In this document: piece by piece, positions 1 to 12,748 of the stretch | Numbering within the stretch: position 1 is the stretch's first letter | How the letters are laid out: each line of letters starts with the position of its first letter | Origin: Salpingoeca rosetta | Taxonomy: Eukaryota; Protista; Choanoflagellata | Assembly: GCA_033442325.1 (NCBI GenBank) | Contig: JAWQFM010000027.1 | Coordinates: forward strand, 568,423-581,170 | Reading direction: 5' to 3' | Length of the DNA: 12,748 nucleotides | Translations under genes and position numbers: made by a program | The notes under the pieces: model-generated | Seen by the model: only the letters and a program-made list of their open reading frames with translations | Database searches by the model: none | What the model was told of the DNA's origin: nothing

Positions 1-56
<56 letters not shown>
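1..56. repeat. (AC)n microsatellite just downstream of the peptidase stop codon
   Basis: Perfect dinucleotide run, truncated by the window edge. Confidence 0.97.
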
Positions 57-60
<4 letters not shown>

Positions 61-103
61 GCACACAAACGAACTAACAAACAGAACAGCAAAGGCACAC
101 GTG

Positions 104-1902
104 TCAGCTGAGCACGTGGTGCTGAATCTGCTTGATGGTCTTTGGGATGCCGCTGGAAATGACGTCCGGTGCATCTTGCGTAATGACAACAACGTCCTCA
201 ATGCGCACGCCGCCCACACCAGCGGATATGAACGCGTCGATCGCCGCTTTGTTGAGGAAGGGCGCGAGCGAGGGTGTGGCATACGATTCCTGCAGCAGCT
301 GCGGTATGAAGTACAGCCCAGGCTCGCACGTCACCACCATGCCCACCTCAAGCGTGCCCGGGCACTCGATGGGCTCAAGCGGGTCTTCGCTCGGCCGGCA
401 CCTGCCAAGCCCGCCAGGCACATAATCGTGGACGTCCAGCCCAATGTGGTGTCCGAGGGAGTGCGGCATGAACACGCGCGTGATGTTGGTCTCCGCCAGC
501 GCATCGAAGGTTGCATTGACGACGAGCTGCGTCTCCAACAGCCCGCGCAAGAGCGCGTGCTCTGCCTCTCGCGTGGCATTCACCCACGTGTTCCCCGCCC
601 GATATGCGGCAATGCCTGCGAGCTGCGCGCCCAGCACAACTTCGTAAGCCTGGCGCTGCAGCGAGGAGAAGTGGCCGCTCAGTGCCCACGTGCGCGTGAT
701 GTCGGTGCCGTAGCCATGTACCGTCGCGCCCGCATCCACCAGCAGCCAGTCGGCCTCCAGCGGCTGCATGTTGGTGTTGTAGTGGAGCGTGCCCGCTCGT
801 GGGCCAGAGGCAACGATGGGCAGATATGACTGCTGCTGCAGGCCGCACGCCGTGTTCACCGCCACAAACGCAGCCTCCACTTGGTACTCTGCCTCACTCT
901 TGCGTGCGCTGCGCAGGATGTAGTTGTGTGCGGCGCTGCCCACAGCAGCGGCTGCACGCATCAACCGCAGTTCTGTCGGCGTCTTCACGCCACGCGCCTC
1001 GCCCAATACGTCCCGCAGCCGTGTCCTGTTGCGTGTGAGCGTGTCCAGGGGTGCTGGCAGCGCGTCCGCCAGCTGCGGCGACGCCGGCATGGTGTCGACC
1101 TCCGACACGTTGAGCGCTGCAAGCACCGGTGATACAACGGTGGCAAAGTCATCCTTCCAGTGGATGTGGTCGATGGTGTACATGGCGCGCAGCTGCTCCA
1201 GCGTGAGCGCCTTGCCATTCCAGATGGCATCGGCAAGGGTCGGCTTGTCCACAAACAGGTGGCAAGTCAGGCTGTGCTGCCTCAGTTGCGATGGTGGCGG
1301 GTGCCATGGCACTGTATCATTCAGCGCAGCTGAGCACAGGAGCCATGCGCCGCCCGGTCGCTCGTACCCGCCGCTCAGGTAGCGGAAGTTGCTCTCCTGC
1401 CAGAACGTGCGCTCTGTATCTGCGAAGAAGTGCAGTTGAACATCTCCGCCCTGCAGGAACAGCAGCGCTTCTGTGCCGTTGAACCACTGAGGTAGCACGT
1501 CCTCCACACGCGCTTTCACTTCTGGATACAGCTCTTGCGGCACGTGGACGGGGTCCAGTGCCTCATCCACGACGCCGCAGGCGTAGAAAGCCGTGCGTTC
1601 CTCCACTGCGGACGCATGCCGTCCTTGCTGCACCGCAACCACGGTGGCGGCCACGAGCGCAACGCACATCACAAACCACCCCAGTAGCAGTCGCCGTCGT
1701 GTGCACATTGAACAGCATGCGCCCTTGTCGCCATCGCCATCGTCGTCGTCGTCGTTGTAGCTGTGCGTTGCCGGCGCCACAAGTGGCACTCGCTCCTGGT
1801 CAGGCATGGCGTTGTGCTGTGTTGTTTGTGTTGTTTGTGTTGTTCGTGTGGGTTCTTTGCTGTCCTCCATATCCGCACTGAAATAATTGCACAGAGTCGC
1901 CA

Positions 1903-1903
<1 letters not shown>
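104..1903 (-). CDS. Xaa-Pro dipeptidase (prolidase)/aminopeptidase P-like M24B metallopeptidase with N-terminal type II membrane anchor; uninterrupted CDS; start at ATG 1903 or more likely ATG 1870
   Basis: All five M24B metal ligands are present in canonical motifs: LLVDAGA, YGTDITRTW, PHSLGHHIGLDVHD, TCEPGLYF, GVRIEDVV. Also TLHY, the N-domain FWQESNFRYLSG, and ARGVKTPTELRLMR. The ORF-track start at 2032 reads through a (CA)n tract. An acceptor-like TTATTTCAG ending at 1878 sits just upstream of ATG 1870. Stop TGA at 106-104. Confidence 0.92.
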
Positions 1904-1905
<2 letters not shown>

Positions 1906-1998
<93 letters not shown>

Positions 1999-2001
1999 TG
2001 T
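1906..2001. repeat. (GT)n microsatellite, probably in a 5'UTR intron of the peptidase gene
   Basis: Near-perfect run. On the minus strand it reads (CA)n and is followed by the acceptor-like TTATTTCAG. Confidence 0.9.
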
Positions 2002-2311
2002 CTACTCCTCTCTCAGCCTCACTCTCTTTCACTCACACACACACACTCTCACTCTCGCTCACACTCTCTGTCTGTCAGACGTCCACATCACTGCACAACA
2101 GACAGCGGAGAAGTTTAACTTAACAGATGCAACGAAGCGCCAAGAGCCCAAGCTCAACAGGAAAGGGGCGGCAAGCGAGAATGTAACACAGGCAGGCGAG
2201 CAAGCAAAGATAGAAACAAGCAAAGTGGCATGATGATCACGTAACAGCAATGTAATGTAACGTAACAACAACAATGACAATGACGGAAGCACACATGTGA
2301 CTGCCAGCCAG

Positions 2312-4604
<2,293 letters not shown>

Positions 4605-4760
4605 CGTGAATCGTGGCGATTGGTGAATGTCATGCAAGAAATTTCGACTGTGCGCGCGAAGACGAGGAAGGTTGTGTCAAGTGGATGTGTGCGCCATGCG
4701 CCAAGAGTGGACGCGCCAGTGCAGCAGTAGAGCAGTGCTGCCTAAGCGGTCGTAGCACAG

Positions 4761-4761
<1 letters not shown>

Positions 4762-4847
<86 letters not shown>
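4762..4847. repeat. (CA)n microsatellite between the kinase and nuclease genes
   Basis: Perfect dinucleotide run. Confidence 0.95.
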
Positions 4848-4848
<1 letters not shown>

Positions 4849-5145
4849 GCGTGTCCTCAGCATTGGAGAATCGAGTGTTGTCATGTAGGTTGTTCTATGA
4901 ATGTCACGGAAATGAATAAGGAAAAGTAACCAGGAGAGGAAGAGGGCATGTCTCCAAATAGTGTGGCCAAAGGCAATGAGGAGGGAACGAACGAAAGAAC
5001 AGCAGAAAGAAAGAAGCATCACTGCAAACATAATGTGAATGAACAAAAGCGCAAGCTGCCACCGCACATTTGCAAACTAAACTCATCTCTTTGTTTCAAC
5101 ATCACACACACACACCACACCACACCACACACTACACACCACACA

Positions 5146-9899
<4,754 letters not shown>

Positions 9900-9925
9900 G
9901 ACGTGCTGTGGTAAAGCGGGGGGAG

Positions 9926-10052
<127 letters not shown>

Positions 10053-10146
10053 GTGCACAGTGGATGCTGATCGGATGTGTTGTTGCGAGTTGTGTTTTGC
10101 GTTTGGGATGTAGAAACTTGGGTGTTGATTCCACAACTTTCGTGCG

Positions 10147-10198
<52 letters not shown>

Positions 10199-10380
10199 GT
10201 GATGTGACGGCTCTTCGTTGCTGAGCACACGGTTCGCTTGTGTGTATTGAAACGCAACAGCAGCGTGAGCGCCGTGGCACAGAGGCAACGAAAGGGACAA
10301 CAAGTAACGTACAACAACAAGCAGAACATAACGGAAAGGCGAGCAAGCGGAGGCCAGCGAGCACGGGAGTAAGTCAGACA

Positions 10381-10424
10381 AGCAAGTCGTAGCAAGTCGT
10401 AACAAGTCGTAGCAAGTCGAAGCA
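10381..10424. repeat. Tandem 10-mer AGCAAGTCGT x4
   Basis: agcaagtcgt agcaagtcgt aacaagtcgt agcaagtcga agca. Confidence 0.9.
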
Positions 10425-10583
10425 AAGCCAAGTTCCGTCAAAGCAAGCCTTCAATCTCTCAGCATGTGTGCCGTGGTTGGGAGGAAAAGGGAAGGAGGGG
10501 CCAATGCCACATGCACAAGAATGCACAAGAGCAGGTAACATGGTTGTTGGTTCATGGGGGGGGGGGTGCATGGTCGGTTGGTG

Positions 10584-12249
10584 TTACACGCTGATGCTGC
10601 TGCGCTGCTCGTGGATGTCGTGCAGCAGTTCAATCAGGCACCCGATGCTCCAAGCCTGCACACGCCGTGTTGGCGTTGACGATGTGTGAGCATGGAGAGA
10701 GAGAGAGAGAGTGTGTGTGTGTGTGTGTGCGCGCGCGCGCGCATGTGAGAGTGTGTGGTTCCCAGTCGGCGCATTCGCAAGCAAGTGCACGTGCGAAGAG
10801 AAGCAGGAAGTTGTACCTGGGTCGGACAGCTGTCGGGGCATTCGCTTCCGTTCTCATTGAACAGCTCAGGCAGGCCCTGCGGGATGTGAGCGTGTGTGTA
10901 TGAGAGTGAGTGAGTGAGCGTGTGAGTGAGCGAGTGAGTGAGTGAGTGAGTGATGAGTGAGTAAGTGAGTGAGTGAGTGAGCGTGCGCGCGCGTGTGTGT
11001 GGTGCACGTGAAGGCAAGTCGAAGAAACATGTGTGTGTGTGTGCAATCAACCAGACCGCCACAGCGGTGCGGGATGCAAGAGCACTGGAGAACGCACCAT
11101 CCAAGGGGTGCGCTGGATGTGGGCTTCGTGGCGAGCAAGGTAGCGGTTTGCCTGGTGGATCGCTGGAACGTGCATCCAGAGACAACAACACGCGTGAATG
11201 GCGTGTGTGAGTATGAGAGATAAATGGACGATTTGAGTGCGGAAAAACGAAGAATGCAAGCGAGGTCACAAAGCGACATGCACGAATCATCAGGTGACAT
11301 GCACGAATCATCAGGTGACATGCACGAATCATCAGGTGACATGAACGAATCATCAGGTAAACCTAAGATCATATTTTCGTTACACACATTCACACACGCA
11401 GTCAAACACGCACACAGTCACAGCCACATTCACGCACGCACACACGCGCGCAAACACCTTTTCCGCGCTCCTTTGCAAACTTGAGTCGGGCGCGGAAGTG
11501 GAAGCCAACCGGCCACAGCCACTCGGGGCCCTGGTGGCATGGACACGTGCGAGTATGTGTGTATGTGTATGTGTGTGCGAGTGAATGAGTGAGTGATTGT
11601 GTATGTTTGTGGGTGAGTGTGTGAGTGAGTGAGTGAGCGAGCGAGTGAGTGAGTGAGTGAGTGAGTATGTGTGTGTGTGTGTGTGAGTGGGTGACTGAGT
11701 GAGTGAGCGAGTGAGTACGTTCTCGTGTATGAGTGAATTCGTTTTGAGCTTGCGTTTTGCAGGCGTGTGTTATGGGTGCACGCAACACGTGGTAACTGCA
11801 CCAGAACCTACGACACAGCGGAACAGCGGAACAGAGGGCCACCGTACCTGGTGATAGTTCCACCCCTTTGCGATCGCCTTGTCCGGCCCATCGTAGGAGT
11901 TGACGTAGTTTGGACGATAATTCCAGTCCTGGTGGTGGTCGTCGTCGTGGTGTGCGAGTGCGCAAGGAAGTGCGTGCGTGCGTGCGTGTTTTTGTGTGCA
12001 TGTTTATGTGAGACAACGAATGACGTGAGCACTCACAAACACAGATGCAAAAAAACACATGCTCCCCCTCCGCAAGCACACATACACGCACACACGTACG
12101 CTCAAACACAAACAAAACGCACATGTGGATCGAGTGTGCGCATTCCCATTCCGCCAACGAGGAATTGATCACAGATGTCGAGGTGATGGTTGGCGCGCGC
12201 AGGCGTGAACAGATCTGCACAACACGCCATGCAGTGGTGGTGAGGTGCG

Positions 12250-12306
<57 letters not shown>

Positions 12307-12563
12307 TGGTGAGCGAGCAAGAAGCGATAAGGAGGGGGGACGCACAGAGGACGTACGTTGCAGCTGTGGGCAGGCGCGCTTGTACACATGAGAGAGAGAG
12401 AGAGAGAGAGAGAGTGTGTGTGTGTGTGTGTGTGCGTGCGTGTGTGTGGTTGCATGCGCCTCTGACGTCAATCCAGCTGCGTACCTGGCGCGACGGTCAT
12501 GGCGATGGCGACATTGGGCCGCAGTTGATAGTCCGTGTACCGATGCGTGCTGCCAACCACGTC
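10584..12563 (-). CDS. AGL: Glycogen debranching enzyme, C-terminal amylo-1,6-glucosidase region; last 7 exons (12563-12485, 12214-12123, 11928-11848, 11530-11458, 11162-11098, 10876-10817, 10655-10584); 5'-partial
   Basis: Spliced translation: DVVGSTHRYTDYQLRPNVAIAMTVAP|DLFTPARANHHLDICDQFLVGGMGMRTLDPH|DWNYRPNYVNSYDGPDKAIAKGWNYHQ|GPEWLWPVGFHFRARLKFAKERGK|AIHQANRYLARHEAHIQRTPWM|GLPELFNENGSECPDSCPTQ|AWSIGCLIELLHDIHEQRSSISV*. This matches the AGL/Gdb1 C-terminal motifs DYQLRPN, GMxTLDP, NYHQGPEWLWP, GLPEL, QAWS. All junctions are GT..AG and in phase. Confidence 0.95.
11275..11358. repeat. 21-bp minisatellite GACATGCACGAATCATCAGGT x4 in an AGL intron
   Basis: Four head-to-tail copies with one mismatch in copy 4 and no spacers. 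Confidence 0.95.
12252..12434. repeat. (TG)n and (AG)n(TG)n microsatellites in the AGL intron 12484-12215
   Basis: Direct reading of the sequence. Confidence 0.9.
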
Positions 12564-12748
12564 CTGCAATGACAGACGGGGAGGGAGGGGGTGGTGTTGC
12601 TGATCGTCAGTGAGATGCGCATGAACACACTTGAGGAATGGGAACATGCACATAACACACACACAAAACACGGACACACACACACACACACAGCAACACA
12701 CACACACACACACGATACACGCCACACAGCCACACACACACACACGCA

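Noticed and set aside
101-829. 242-aa + strand ORF
   Set aside because: Antisense shadow of the peptidase CDS.
1904-2032. His-Thr repeat N-terminus of the 642-aa ORF
   Set aside because: Translation of a (CA)n tract from a non-ATG start; likely intron or UTR.
11275-11358. Possible CRISPR array
   Set aside because: Contiguous units with no spacers, eukaryotic intronic context, and no cas genes.

Overview
Eukaryotic, GC-rich, microsatellite-dense DNA with GT-AG introns. The (CA/GT)n-filled introns and gene content resemble a choanoflagellate such as Salpingoeca; this is an inference. Four protein-coding genes lie head-to-tail on the minus strand. (1) The last seven small exons of a glycogen debranching enzyme (AGL/GDB1 family, 12563-10584; its 5' part is outside the window). 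(2) A ~1,330-aa single-pass receptor with signal peptide, poly-Thr, LRRs, a Cys-rich juxtamembrane segment, TM helix and a Ser/Thr-type TKL kinase (9899-5146). (3) A four-exon, 364-aa YqaJ/lambda-exonuclease-like PD-(D/E)xK nuclease (4604-2312) that no single ORF in the track shows. (4) A prolidase-like M24B peptidase with an uninterrupted CDS (1903/1870-104). The peptidase is unusual: it has an N-terminal membrane anchor, a lysosomal-type sorting motif, seven N-glycosylation sequons, and Glu in place of the prolidase carboxylate-binding Arg. Most other listed ORFs are microsatellite read-throughs or antisense shadows. No CRISPR array, rRNA, tRNA or transposase was seen.
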